Source: Paraspadella gotoi
Taxonomy: Eukaryota > Animalia > Chaetognatha
DNA length: 64,000 nucleotides
Assembly (NCBI GenBank): GCA_051294375.1
Contig: CM119271.1
Location: 12,273,235 to 12,337,234 of the forward strand
Direction of reading: 5' to 3'
Part shown: positions 25,753-57,362 of the stretch, piece by piece
Layout of the letters: each line of letters begins with the position of its first letter
Position numbering within the stretch: position 1 is the stretch's first letter
Program-made: the position numbers and the translations under genes
The notes under the pieces: generated by a model
What the model saw: only the letters and a program-made list of their open reading frames with translations
Told to the model about the DNA's origin: nothing
Database searches by the model: none

Positions 25753-27009
25753 AAAGTCCTTTTGATTCCATCTTCTCGGGACGAACGGATATTTTTATTT
25801 TTTCATTTTTTCCTTCGATTCCCATTTGGAATTAGGAGAGTGAAACTTACGGAAGAAGAAAAAGTTAAGGATTGAATTGAGGAAAATAGGAAATAGGAAT
25901 TTAGGAAAATAGGAAATAGGAATTTAGGAAATAGCAAATGAGAAAAATATTACGGGAAGGTCTGAAGACAACAGATCAGGGAAGTAAAATAGAATAGAAA
26001 AGGATCTAATCATAGTTTCTTGGTTCAGAATCGTTTCGTTACCGACTTGAAGTGAGAAAACTTACGATAGATTTTATTTTGAGAGTAAAATAATTAATTA
26101 AAACGGCAACAAGAAATAATTAAAAACCACAACCGAAAGATCAAAGAATAAGAGTTTAATGATTTTTTTTGGTTGGAAATCAGATTTTCTTTGCAGAATA
26201 ACAAAACAAGGAATGTTAGGTTGCGCCGAATTTTTTTGTTTATATATATTCATAAAATAAGTACATAACAAATGATTTAAAATAAAATATCACTATGCCA
26301 AAAAAGAATCTGTTATTAAGAGTATATAACGATAAACATGTATAAATATAAAAAAATATAATAAAAATAATATTAAAAACGCCAAAAAATAAAAAAATAA
26401 AATAAAGAACAAATATTTATAAGTTTAAAACATTAAAGCTTGAATAAATAGTATTATCGCCGGTAATAATTATAGACCGGATTTAAAATAAAAACGATTA
26501 GACAAATAATCACAAAGACAGACCGACCAAAAAGCGACTAGTAAAAGCGACGCAACTAAACAAAAATAAATGGCGAGCAAAGAATCGCATGCAAATTGCG
26601 TCGGAATTGATTCCTTGTCTCACAAAATTGATTTCCTTCCAACTTGTCCGAACCAGAATTTCTAGTTTTATAAGATTTTTCTCAATTTTCTTCAACTGAT
26701 GTCGGATTTTTTAACTTTTTAAAAGCGTTATGTGATTGCGAATTGGGATTCGCGAAAACCTCTTGGATTGAAAGTCAAAAATAGATTTTAGTTTAATTTT
26801 ATATTTTTATATTTTTTTTTTCGTGTATTCTCGTTTTTATAATTGAGGTCCTTGTTCCGAGAGAGAAAGAGAGAGAAAGAGAGCTAAAAAAAACCATTAA
26901 AGAGAGAAACCGTAAAAAGATATTACTTAACGAAAATAAATGTCAAAATATTACGTAAACGAAGACACTTAATCATATCATTTTTCCTCCCCCCGCTTCT
27001 CCCTCTCTC

Positions 27010-27101
<92 letters not shown>

Positions 27102-27119
27102 TTCCTCCCTCAAATAAAG

Positions 27120-45582
<18,463 letters not shown>

Positions 45583-46439
45583 CGAAACAACGAAACAAAG
45601 GAACAGCGGATTTTCGATTGCGTCTTATCATTACCCGCACTTTGGATCAAAGTGATATTTAATTCCAAAAATAAACTATTCTACCCCTTTCTTTTACACG
45701 AGTTCTTCAAGAATGGGTCAATTTGGATGATCCGGTTTTAACCGTTGGGTCAGTTTGAATAAGCTGGTGTGACCCATTTAGTCAGTTACCCGTCGGGTCA
45801 ATTGGTGTGACCCTGTAACACGTTGATTCTTGTTTTTTTTTATCCGCCAAGAATCTTCTAACTATTAGATTGTGCCGATCAAGTATTGATAAAAGTCATA
45901 AATAATCCTCTATAGCAATAAATAAATTATTCCAATAAATGAATTTTGGAAAGCTGAATATTAAAAAAAAAAAAAAGCTGGAAAGCCAAATAAATTTGGT
46001 TGCGTTATTTATAATTTTACGTAATCGAAATGGAACTAATATTTTTTTTAAAAAAACTTCAAACGTTCAACAATGAAATTCGCCAGAACCGTAAAATTTC
46101 TCTTTCGGTTTGATGAGTTTAAGAATTTGTTCACGAAAAAAAAAAAGTTTCATACGGTTCTCGCTGTTTTTTTCCCCGACTCCGTATAAAGGGTTAAAAG
46201 AAAAAAAAATATCAAATTAATTAGTAGTACTCTGTACACAACCCTATATATTTTTTAAATTTTTTTTTTTTTAACATTGGATTATTCGATATCGATTTTT
46301 TTTTCTATCAAACTAAAAACACACAAGATTCGGATACGATACAGGGTTTTTTTTTAAAAATCGCTATCCAATTAATCATTAATTAATTCTTTAATTAATT
46401 AAATAACGAAATACAATGAATTACGTGAGGTAAATGGTT

Positions 46440-46694
46440 GGGCCATATTTTTTTTTCAAACGCGACCAATTTCCCAGTTTCTATTCCGAATTAAATTATT
46501 TTTTTGGAATTAAAATATTAGGTTAAATGTTATGAATTAAGCTGAGGCATTTGGTTAAGCGTTTGGGTTAAATATTAAGAAATAAGATTAAAGTCAACGA
46601 TTTGGGATTAAATTTTAAATTTTAAAAAAGATTAAGGTTAAACTAAAGTTCAAAATTAAAGAACGGAAATTGAACGCTTTCGGAAAAGTGTGCC
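46440..46694 (+). mobile_element. MITE-like repeat, TTAGGG-like-core family (degenerate)
   Basis: GGGCCATATTTTTTTTTCAAACGCG ... AAAGAACGGAAATTGAACGCTTTCGGAAAAGTGTGCC. Confidence 0.5.
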
Positions 46695-47384
46695 AATCGT
46701 TTTTCTTCCCCAGGTTCTTCAGTTTTTTCCCCCAAGTAGAAGTAGGATTGGTCGATACGCCGAGTATGCCTCTCCCATTGTGGGCAATAGTCGCGCTATG
46801 TTAAAACGCGTATTGGCATATTGGCAACGTTTAAATCCCATAGAGAATTCAGCCCACGGGTTCTCCAGCTTAAATAAACAATTTCATTTTGTTGATTTTA
46901 AAATTTGTCGCCGTCGTATTTTGTTTTGCCATATTATTATTATTTTCTATGAAATATACGTACTCCCGTGTCAAGACAAAAATCCTCTAATTCTTTTCAT
47001 GGGCGATTTTGACTATTCTTACTAACTTAAAAAGAAAATAGATAAAAAGAAAAATGTTTGAGGCTTAGTATGTACAAAATTTATACATTTCATACAAATA
47101 AGATGTATGTATAAAAGAAAGGCCGTACTAGAACTAGAAGCCTAATCTAATATATACAGAAAAAAGGAGAAAAAAGAAAAAAAAAGCATAAAAATAACGA
47201 GACAAAGCAATTTTAGGATAAATTTTCAACTAAATCACGAGAAAATTTATAATGAAATAATGAAATGACGGAATCAAATATTAATACGTTTTCGGTTTGA
47301 ATTTTCATTTTAAACGTCAAATTTTATGTACAACAATAAAAAGGACTTAATATGAGTAACGGAACAAAAAAAGCTAAATTAATC

Positions 47385-47632
47385 GTGTGATTGTTGATTG
47401 TCTCGTGCTTATTACGTGATTGTCTCATGAATGAGTGATTGTCTCGTTATTATTGAGTGATTGTCTCGTGATTGTTAACTGATTGACTCGTGATTAATGA
47501 GTGATTGTCTCATGAATTATTATGGCGTGATTGTTAACTGATTGTCACGTGATTGTCTCGTGATTGTTAACTGATTGTCTCGTGATTGTCTCGTGATTGT
47601 CTCGTGATTGTCTCATGATGAGTGATTAACGA
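47385..47632. repeat. 11-bp minisatellite (GTGATTGTCTC)
   Basis: Direct reading; in the Ig gene 3' region. Confidence 0.9.
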
Positions 47633-47817
47633 GTCAGTATCGATCTATCGTCAGTGAGTCACCCAAAACCGTCGCTCACACTTTCGATCACTCTCTCCAG
47701 ACTAGACCACTCTCCGCCGACCACAACCGACCACAACCGACCACAACCGACCACAACAAGAGAAGAAGAGAATAGAAGTAAAATAGAGAAGAGAAACAAG
47801 AGACTAAAAATCGAGTA

Positions 47818-48125
47818 TCACAGTCGAAGGGCGAAGAGAGAAAGCGCTGATAACAACAACAACGACGACGCCGTTGACGCCGGCGACGCCGCTCCGCCGC
47901 CGCCGCCGCCGTCATCGAGGTCTTTAACGCCGGAAATGTCGTCGTCGTCGTTGTTGTCGTCGACGCCTTGTTTGTCTCTCTTGACTTCTTCGTCTTTGGC
48001 GGAGGCGTCGTCGCCGCCGCCGCCGCCGCCGCTGCCGCTCCTGCTGCCGCCGCTTTTCGAGGTCGTCGCAGGGGCGGCGCTAGATAAAGAAGATTCGCTG
48101 TCGCTGTCGCTGTCGCCGCCGCCGC

Positions 48126-48176
<51 letters not shown>

Positions 48177-51100
48177 CGCCGCCGCTTTCTTCGTCTCGAG
48201 TTTTGATTCGATAAGATTTAATGACTTCCATCTCGTCAGTTTCCATGTCAAGCAGGGAACAGGTATACTTGACATTGTCGTCGGCATGGCCGACATTCTT
48301 GATCGTCATGTCGAAGCCGGGATCGGAGAGTCTGTGGAGGAAGGGGAAGGGGGAGGGGGAAGTGGGAGGGGAGGCAGAGGAGGAGGAGGGAGGGAGTAGG
48401 ATGAGGAGAGAGGAGGAGGAAGTGGGAGGAGGAGGAGGAGGAGGGAAGGACGAGGATGAGGAGGGGAGGAGGAGGGGAGGAGGGATCATTGAGTAAAGCC
48501 ATTAACTCATGACCATTAGATACCAGGTTCAATCCCAACCCGGTATCTACCCAGAGGAAAGCGTTGGGACGGCCGAAAGCCGCCTTGGGGGCGTGGCAAA
48601 CCCTCAAGACTTGTTCCAAGCCCAGGACCCGTTCCATGACTGCCAGAAGGGGGTTGAAGAAGTTGCGGATAGCACTTATCGCCTTATCCACACACAATAT
48701 GAAAATAATTCATTTATTTATCTCGCCCATTGGATATAAGCGATTGGTTAAAACCTTTAGGTTCCTACAAACATTTAATCAAGACTTTGTAATGTATGTA
48801 TGTATTCTAAAACTTGACTTAGGTTTAACTTGAACTTGAACCTCTGAAAACGAGCACTGCCTATTCATTATCATTAATTAAAAAAAAAAATTTAACTACA
48901 AAAAAACTACAAGAAAACCAATATTTTAAAAACAAAAAATCTAAATACAAAAAATGACTTTCCAAGTTCGGAAATCCCACGACGTCTCTTTTGCTTCAAA
49001 AAAATATTTTCCCGATTTTTCTGTGAAACGGGAAAAAAAAATTGGTGAACCTTTCAAAGTTAATTATCGAAAATGTGAGTTCGCTTTATGACCCGAGAAC
49101 CGGAGAAGCTTTTAATTCTTTTTCGCGGAATTTTGACAAAACAATTTTTTTGGTTCTTTGTTACGACTGGGCTCTCTTTTCCAAATGAGCCCTCTTTCTG
49201 TTCCTAATCCCTAAATTTGACTTTAACCTTGATATGTAACCTTAATTCAGAACCAATGCCATAATCTAATCTTTAACTATAATTCTTAACCCCTAAATTA
49301 ATCTTCAATCCTTTATTACTAACCTCAACGTAAGCCCCTAACCACTAACCCTAATCTTTAACCATAATTATTAAGCTAACCCCAATCCCTAATCCTAACC
49401 CTAACCTTCCAAATTTAGCATCAAATTGGGCGTTTTGAGAAAATAAAGCCAAGAATATTTTTATTTGTTAAAACTGTTATATTGAAACAAAGATTAAATC
49501 AGTACATTAATGACTTTTTAAAAAAGCGTGCCGCGAGTTGTACACCAAGCTTTGGCAATCGCGAGAGAAAAATAGTAATTTCCTCAATTATTTATTTTCC
49601 CGGTTATAAACTTGAGACTTTTAAAAGTTTCACAGTCCAAAAATAATACAATTTATCACAATCTTGTTATTTGATCTTTTTTTTTGTTAGAGTGAAGTTA
49701 GGTTTTTGGCCGATCAAAGTTTCAGTATCGTTTGTTAAATTAGTCTCAGCAAGAGGCGAGAGACAACCAAGCATCGAACGTTCATTACTAATCAGCGAGA
49801 GACAATCATCAAGCATCGATCACGAATCACCAAGCACTGACAATCATCAAGCATCGATCGCCAATCACCAAGCACTGACAAGCAACCATCGGTTTCCAAC
49901 GGTTTTCACGCAAGAATTTCAACGTCTAAATTGTTGATAAATCCAAAATATGATACAGTGCGGCGCAAAAGAGTTAGCTAGTTGTTAGCTTAAAATATAT
50001 TACTATTTCTTTTTTAATTTTAAAAAATTATAAAATTAACCTTTTTAAAAAAGCTATCAATTTGTGTCAAAAAAATTAAAATTGGTTCAGTCAGTAAATT
50101 AAAGCAACATAGACTTCAAAATCTAGCGCTTTTCAAAGGTTGTTTTTTACTGACAAATATTCATTAGACCTCCCCAGNNNNNNNNNNTGGGGAACTCTAA
50201 TATTCATAATATAAAATTGTTATAAAATAAAAGAATATATTAGTAAAAGTAGTAGCTAATAAAGTTGATTTTTAAAAAAATATTTAAATATAGCATCTAA
50301 TGATAATGTTTTATACAAATTTTTAAAAAATTATTATTAAAAAAATTATTCAATCCCAAAAAAAGGGGTAAAAACAATTTGGTTAAAATATATTAAAAAG
50401 AGTTTAAACAATTGTATTATGTTATAAGCAAAATAAAAATTAATATTTATAGCAAAAAAGCTTTGAAAATTTTTGTTAATCTGATGTTTTTTTTAAATAT
50501 TATATTTTTTAATGGTTTCTTTATATTTTTTTTATTCCTTCAAATTCAGAAAAAACTTATATTAATCGACTCATATTTTTTTAATTTTATTTCATGAAAT
50601 GATATTGGTACAACCAATATAAAATTATGCTGGCTAAATTTTACAATCGGTTTTGGCGGCTTTTGAAAAACTATTTAAATATTTATTTTTTAAAAAAATT
50701 AAAAAATGTTACCTAATTACCCTAACCCTAAACCATCTTAACCTTAAACCCTCCCTAAACCCGGTCGAAAGTAAAAGTAACCCATTATGTTATATGTATT
50801 CAAAAATTTATTATCCAAAATGTTTTTCTCTTTTTAAAATAAAGTAGATACTTTTTTTTTGCGCCGCAGTGTATTTATAATTAAAGTGACTCCTCAGCGG
50901 CCGCTTTTTGTGTGTGTTTGAGTATGTGTGTGAGTTAGGGTGTGTTTGTAAGTGTGATTCCTTCTCTCTCACAAATCCCAAGAAATTCTTCAAAAAGAAA
51001 ATGTATCGTTCTTTAAGTGGTCGTGATTTCACTCGCCCTCGCCTCATTTTAAAAGTTTTTTTTTCCCCTTTTTTTTTGCAAAATGAACTTTTTTTCTTTA

Positions 51101-51332
51101 AAAACGAATAAAAGGGAGAAAAGAGTCTTGTTTAAAAAAAAATAATTCACCTATATTAGCCATTTAGGGCTGAGAGTAATAAGTCGTTATACTTGTTCAC
51201 TTTTTTCGAGGGTGAACTTAATCTCCGCCGCAAATTGACTTAATTCGGTTAGAAAAAATATTTTCCTCCTCATGTACGCGAAGTTAGAAAGCATTTTTTC
51301 TCTCGCTCTCTGACTCTGTCTCTCTGACTCTG

Positions 51333-51390
<58 letters not shown>

Positions 51391-51530
51391 CTCTCCTCTC
51401 TCTCTCTTCTCTCTCTCTCTCTCTCTCTCTCCAAACAAGAGAAAAAAAGTGGTGATTGGGTCCTCTCTTCCGTCGGCTATTGGCGCTCTCTCTCTCCTCT
51501 TCTCTCTCTCTTCTCTCTCTCTCTCTCTTC

Positions 51531-51562
<32 letters not shown>

Positions 51563-52579
51563 CTCTCTCTCCTCTCTCTCCAAACACAAATCTCTCTCCG
51601 TTTTATTGCGATTTCCCTTCGTTCGTTCTCATCTCAGTTATTGGATTTTCGTTTAGATTTTGTTATCATTAGCGATTCAGGTTAGGGGACACGAAATCGG
51701 ACGAAATGTGAACGGTTAATCGGTTAATCGGTTATTGATCAAACGCCGGGCCAAATTAGCGGCGCCATTTTTGTGACGTTGGGGGAAGATTCGATAAAAC
51801 TTGAATGTGAAATCGTTACAACCGACATAAAAAAAATTCATTCGTGAAATAAATAAACTAACTTGCCCCTGACCCCGGACAGACGATGGTGGTTTAAAAC
51901 CTTCATCCCAAATTAAAAGATTTCAAGATTTCTCCCACAGTCAAGTTGGCTTCCCCATCGATTAAGCGAAGTAATGTTTTCATGCGTTCATTCCATCCTT
52001 TGTTCATTCATTGATTCATTTTTTAAAATTTGTTCATCGATTCAGTCGTTGAGTCATTGTTTCATTCTTTCATTCACCAATTGTTATTAATTATTGATTG
52101 GTTCATTTGTTGATTAATTTATATTTATTCATTCACTCTTTCATTTATTTCTTCATTCCTTCATTTATTCATTCGTTCATTCCATCCTTCGTTCACTCAT
52201 TGATTCATTTTTTAAAAAATTGTTCATCGATTCTGTCATTCATTCATTCCCTCATTCATTTCTAATTTTATTTTTTCTTCTTCTAAATTCCATCATTCAC
52301 TTCTCAATTCATTCATTCCCATAAAGTCATCGACCATTCCCCCCACCCCCCAAACTTTTCTCACTTGTATCGATCCTTGTCCTCGATGGCTTCGTTCGCC
52401 ACCATCGCGTTGTCCTCGAAGATCGTGTTGGAGCCTTTGCTCCACTTCATCATCGAGTCCCCCGTCTTTCGGTTCTCGCACTGGAGCGTCACGTCGGCGC
52501 CGAGTTTGGCGGGAACGTCGACGTCGTCTTCGGCGAGGACCAACGTTCCCATCATCACAACGAAGTATTCTTTTCCCAT
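47818..52579 (-). CDS. Single immunoglobulin (V/I-set) domain cell-surface protein, probable GPI anchor
   Basis: Exon 52579(or 52535)-52365: EDDVDVPAKLGADVTLQC...MKWSKG...DRYK|GTGAG. Exon 48331-47818: LSDPGFDMTIKNV...DDNVKYTCSL (D.x.Y.C-like F strand), Gly/Ser/Asp stalk, C-terminal AASPASTASSLLLLSALSLFALRL*. Phase 2 matches across the intron. Confidence 0.85.
48478..48700 (+). mobile_element. tRNA-derived SINE-like element
   Basis: Degenerate tRNA-like head (..GAGTAAAGC..CTCATGA..GGTTCAATCC B box) followed by a GC-richer body; related head at 3125-3200. Confidence 0.55.
49169..49450 (-). mobile_element. MITE-like repeat, TTAGGG-like-core family
   Basis: GGCTCTCTTTTCCAAATGAGCCC ... GGGCGTTTTGAGAAAATAAAGCC; CCCTAA core. 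Confidence 0.65.
49956..50871. mobile_element. Probable Tc1-like non-autonomous element spanning an N gap
   Basis: TA|CAGTGCGGCGCAAAA ... TTTTGCGCCGCAGTG|TA; AT-rich interior. Confidence 0.65.
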
Positions 52580-52695
52580 ACCAAGGATCGCCGGTTCCCA
52601 TCACTAGGATTTTCCGTTCCCCCGAGAATGCGCCCAGAACTATATCTCCTCTCTTCTATCCTCTACTTATCCCGGCTCATCCATCACTCTTCCTC

Positions 52696-52760
<65 letters not shown>

Positions 52761-52811
52761 CTCTCTCCTCCCCTCCCACAATGCGCTTTCTCCTTCCTCC
52801 TTTCCTCTCCA

Positions 52812-52849
<38 letters not shown>

Positions 52850-53817
52850 TCCGCGAAGACAACGTCGACGTTCCCGCCAAACTCGGCGCCGACGTGACGC
52901 CTCCAGTGCGAGAACCGAAAGACGGGGGACTCGATGATGAAGTGGAGCAAAGGCTCCAACACGAATCTTCGAGGACAACGCGATGGTGGCGAACGAAGCC
53001 ATCGAGGACAAGGATCGATACAAGTGAGAAAAGTTTGGGGGGTGGGGGGAATGGTCGATGACTTTAATGGGAATGAATGAATTGAGAAGTGAATGATGGA
53101 ATTTAGAAGAAGAAAAAATAAAATTAGAAATGAATGAGGGAATGAATGAATGACAGAATCGAATGAACAATTTTTTAAAAAATGAATCAATGAGTGAACG
53201 AAGGATGGAATGAACGAATGAATAAATGAAGGAATGAAGAAATAAATGAAAGAGTGAATGAATAAATATAAATTAATCAACAAATGAAACCAATCAATAA
53301 TTTAATAACAATTGGTGAATGAAAGAATGAAACAATGACTCAACGACTGAATCGATGAACAATTTTAAAAAATGAATCAATGAATGAACAAAGGATGGAA
53401 TGAACGCCATGAAAACATTACTTCGCTTAATCGATGGGGAAGCCAACTTGACTGTGGGAGAATCTTGAAATTTTTTAATTTGGGATGAAGGTTTTAAACC
53501 ACCATCGTCTGTCCGGGGTCAGGGGCAAGTTAGTTTATTTTATTTCACGAATGAATTTTTTTTATGTCGGTTGTAACGATTTCACATTCCAAGTTTTATC
53601 GAATCTTCCCCCAACGTACACAAAAATGGCGCCGCTAATTTGGCCCGGCGTTTGATCAATAACCGATTAACCGATTAACCGTTCACATTTCGTCCGATTT
53701 CGTGTCCCCCTAACCTGAATCGCTAATGATACAAAATCTAAACGAAAATCCAATAACTGAGATGAGAACGAACGAAGGGAAATCGCAATAAACGGAGAGA
53801 GATTTGTGCGTTTGGAG

Positions 53818-53885
<68 letters not shown>

Positions 53886-55259
53886 TAGAGAGAGGAGAGA
53901 GGCGCCAATAGCCCGACGGAGAGAGGACCCAATCACCAACTTTTTCTTCTTGTTTTGGAGAGAGAGAGAGAGAGGAGAGAGAAGGAGCAGAGAGAGAGAG
54001 AGACGAGAGAGAGAGAGAGAGAGGAGAGAGAGAGGAGCAGAGAGAGAAAAGAGAAGCAGAGTCAGAGAGAGCAGAGTCAGAGAGCGAGAGAAAAAATGCT
54101 TTCTAACTTCGCAGTACATGAGGAGGAAATATTTTTTCTAACCGAATTAAGTCAATTTGCGGCGGAGATTAGTTCACCCTCGAAAAAAGTGAACAAGTAT
54201 AACGACTTATTACTCTCAGCCCTAAATGGCTAATATAGGGTGAATTATTTTTTTGTTAAACAGACTCTTTTTCTCCCTTTTATATCGTTTTAAAAGAAAA
54301 AAAAGTTCATTTTGCAAAAAAAAAGGGGAAAAAAAAACTTTTAAAATGAGGCGAGGGGCGTAGGTGAAATCACGACCACTTAAAGAACGATACATTTTCT
54401 TTTGAAGAATTTCTTGGATTTGTGAGAGAGAAGGAATCAACTTACAACACACCCTAACTACGCCAACTACACACTCACTCAAACACACACAGAAAAGCGG
54501 CCGCTGAGTCGAGTCCACTTTATATTAAATAATAATAAACCGACAGCTTTCTCGCGGCGATACAATAAAAACCAAAGTATCTTTACTTATATATGTTCTG
54601 TATAAATAGAGAAAAACAATTTTTGATAATAAATTTTTGAATACATATACCAAATGGGTTACTAAAAAACTCATTCGAACCGGGTTTAGGAGGGTTTAAG
54701 GTTAAGATGGTTTAGGGTTAGGGTAATTAGGTAACATTTTTTAATTTTTTTTAAAAAATAAATATTTAAATAGTTTTCAAAAGCCGCCAAAACGATTGTA
54801 AAATTTAGCCAGCATATTTATATATTGGTTGTACCAATATCATTTTCATGAAATAAAATTAAAAAATATGGGGGAGTCGATTATATATAAGTTTTTTTCT
54901 GAATTTGAAGGAATAAAAAAAAATATAAAAAACCATTAAAAAATATAATATTTAAAAAAAACATCAGATTAACAAAAATTTTCAAAGCTTTTTTGCTATA
55001 AATAATTAATTTTTATTTTGCTTATAACATAATACAATTGTTTAAACTCTTTTTAATATATTTTACCAAAATTGTTTTTACCCCTTTTTTTGGGATTGAA
55101 TAATTTTTTTAATAATAATTTTTTAAAAATTTGTATAAACATTATCATTAGATGCCTATATATTTAAATATTTTTTTAAAAATCAACTTTATTAGCTACT
55201 ACTTTTACTAATATATTCTTTTATTTTAAACAATTTTTATTATGAATATTAGAGTTCCC
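50188..55259. repeat. Inverted duplication (50188-52535 vs 52852-55259)
   Basis: Arms are reverse complements with scattered indels; includes Ig exon 1 and part of its intron. Confidence 0.92.
52781..53023 (+). CDS. Second (inverted) copy of Ig-protein exon 1 with a different signal peptide; indel errors
   Basis: MRFLLPPFLSI(V)12ASA joined to EDNVDVPAKLG...DRYK|GTGAG after correcting small indels. Confidence 0.6.
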
Positions 55260-56299
55260 AGTCTCAAAATATACCATAAAAGTTTCACATCGCCGGTTTT
55301 CCATTATTTCTTAACTTAAATTCATTTTAAAAGCGTGTTTAAGCAAAAAATGTGTTGTAATAAACCCAATCGGCGTAAAGTAAAACCAAGTATTGATGCA
55401 AAAAAAATATAGCGCAAAATGATAATATTTTTAAGAAGAGGTTTAATATGCTATAACATAAGGATTTTTTTACGAAATATTAGTTAAAAAATACGCAGTA
55501 GCTTTTCTCCTATTTTGTTTTATAAAATTTAAAAAATATCTTTATTATGGGGCGTGGGCTTAACCGGAAGTAAGTTTTTCAGCCCTATATGTGTTTTTAT
55601 AGTTCCAATTTAATAAATTAATTTTAAATGTAACAAAAAGTTAGAATTTTTATTATTTTTATTTTTTATCTTTGTTTTTCAAGCAATGGGCAATGAGTTT
55701 TGGGCAAGCTTAGTCTATATCCTCAATCAATCAAAATTATAGGTAATATTTTTACCTCAGTTAAAAAAAAAATTACTTGTATAGGAAATTTATAGAAATG
55801 CCACAACATTTTTTTTCCCAACCTTTTTGCTAGATAAGAGCAAATTAAACTGAACATACAATATTAATTCTCCATATTTTTAAAAATTTAGTTTTTTCCT
55901 TGATCAAAAGACGAACTTAAAATCTCCATCATTCTAATTTTTTTTTTCTTAAAAAATAATATAAAAATAATGAAAATAATATTAATATATATTAATTCTC
56001 TAATGGTAATAATACATAATTTAAAAAATTTGAAAATAATAATTTAAAAATATGGCGAATTAAGTTTAAATGACATATTACTGAAAAGCTGTCTTTATTA
56101 GAGTATAGCTAGAGAGAGATAAAAGGTTTTTAACAAAGACAAGAATGGAGAGTGGATTGGGGATAAGTAGAGAAGAGACAGAGTGTTAAGGAAGCAAAAT
56201 AAGGTCAACCCTACTTGAAGCAACTTAGTTCGTCTCTCCATCGAACCGGGCATCCCTCATAAAGNNNNNNNNNNNNNNNNNNNNNNNNNTTCCTCTCCA

Positions 56300-56337
<38 letters not shown>

Positions 56338-56339
56338 TC

Positions 56340-56660
56340 GGTCCTTTTAGATGGGAAAAGTAATCCTGAATAATGGGAACAGCGATCTTTGGTGATGGGA
56401 ATGGCGTTCCTGGGCAATAAGAATGGCGATCCTTGGTGATGGGAATAGCGATTCTTTGGTGATGGGAACGGCGATCCTGGGCAATGGGAATGGCGGTCCT
56501 CGGTGATGGGAACAGTGATCCTTTGGTGATGGGAACAATGATTCCAGATGATGGGAACAGTAATCCTGAGCGATTAGAACGGCGATCCTTGGCGATGGGA
56601 ATGGCGACTTTAGGAGATTGGATTGGCCATGGGAAATGGGAATTGGCGATGGGAATTAAA
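56340..56660. repeat. ~22-bp minisatellite (GGTGATGGGAACGGCGATCCT)
   Basis: Direct reading; reverse-complement units at 52536-52626. Confidence 0.9.
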
Positions 56661-56994
56661 ATTTAAAACGACGAGAGTCCGCGATGACGCGAGACGCAAA
56701 CGATGGAAATCCTAAACGGAGATTCTTCTGATCGCACGAGAAATTCTTAATAATGTCGTTAAACTAAAGTTTAAATAAAAAGTTTTTAATTTCATCCAAA
56801 TAACAAGAAACGTCAAAAAGTAAAAAGAGCAAAGACCAAAAAACCAATATACTGATGATTTAAAAATAACAGAGCTTAAAAAATGTTTTTTTAATTAATT
56901 ATCTTGTGACCGATTGAAAGAATATTAACAAATATTTTTTTAAATTTATCTAGGAGTGAAGGTAGAAAAATAGGGAATAGCAGAATATATATAT

Positions 56995-57362
56995 AAGCAG
57001 ATTAGAGAGATCAGCAGATTATAATGAATTAGCAGATTAGAATGAACACCAGATTAGGAAGAATTAGCAGATTAGAATGAGTTAGCAGATTAGAATGAAC
57101 ACAAGATTAGGATGAATGAGCTGATAAGAATGAATTAGCAGATTAGAACGAACAGCAGATTAGAATGAAATAGCAGATTAGAATGAAATAGCAGATTAGT
57201 ATGTATTAGCAGATTAGAATGAACAGCAGAATAGAATGAACAGCAGATTAGAATGAACGGCAGATAAAAATGAACAGCAGATTAGCGTGATCAGCAGATT
57301 AGACTGAATAGCAGATTAGGATGAACAGCATATTAAAATTAACAGCAGATTAGAATGAACAG
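56995..57362. repeat. ~18-bp minisatellite (AGCAGATTAGAATGAAC)
   Basis: Direct reading. Confidence 0.9.
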
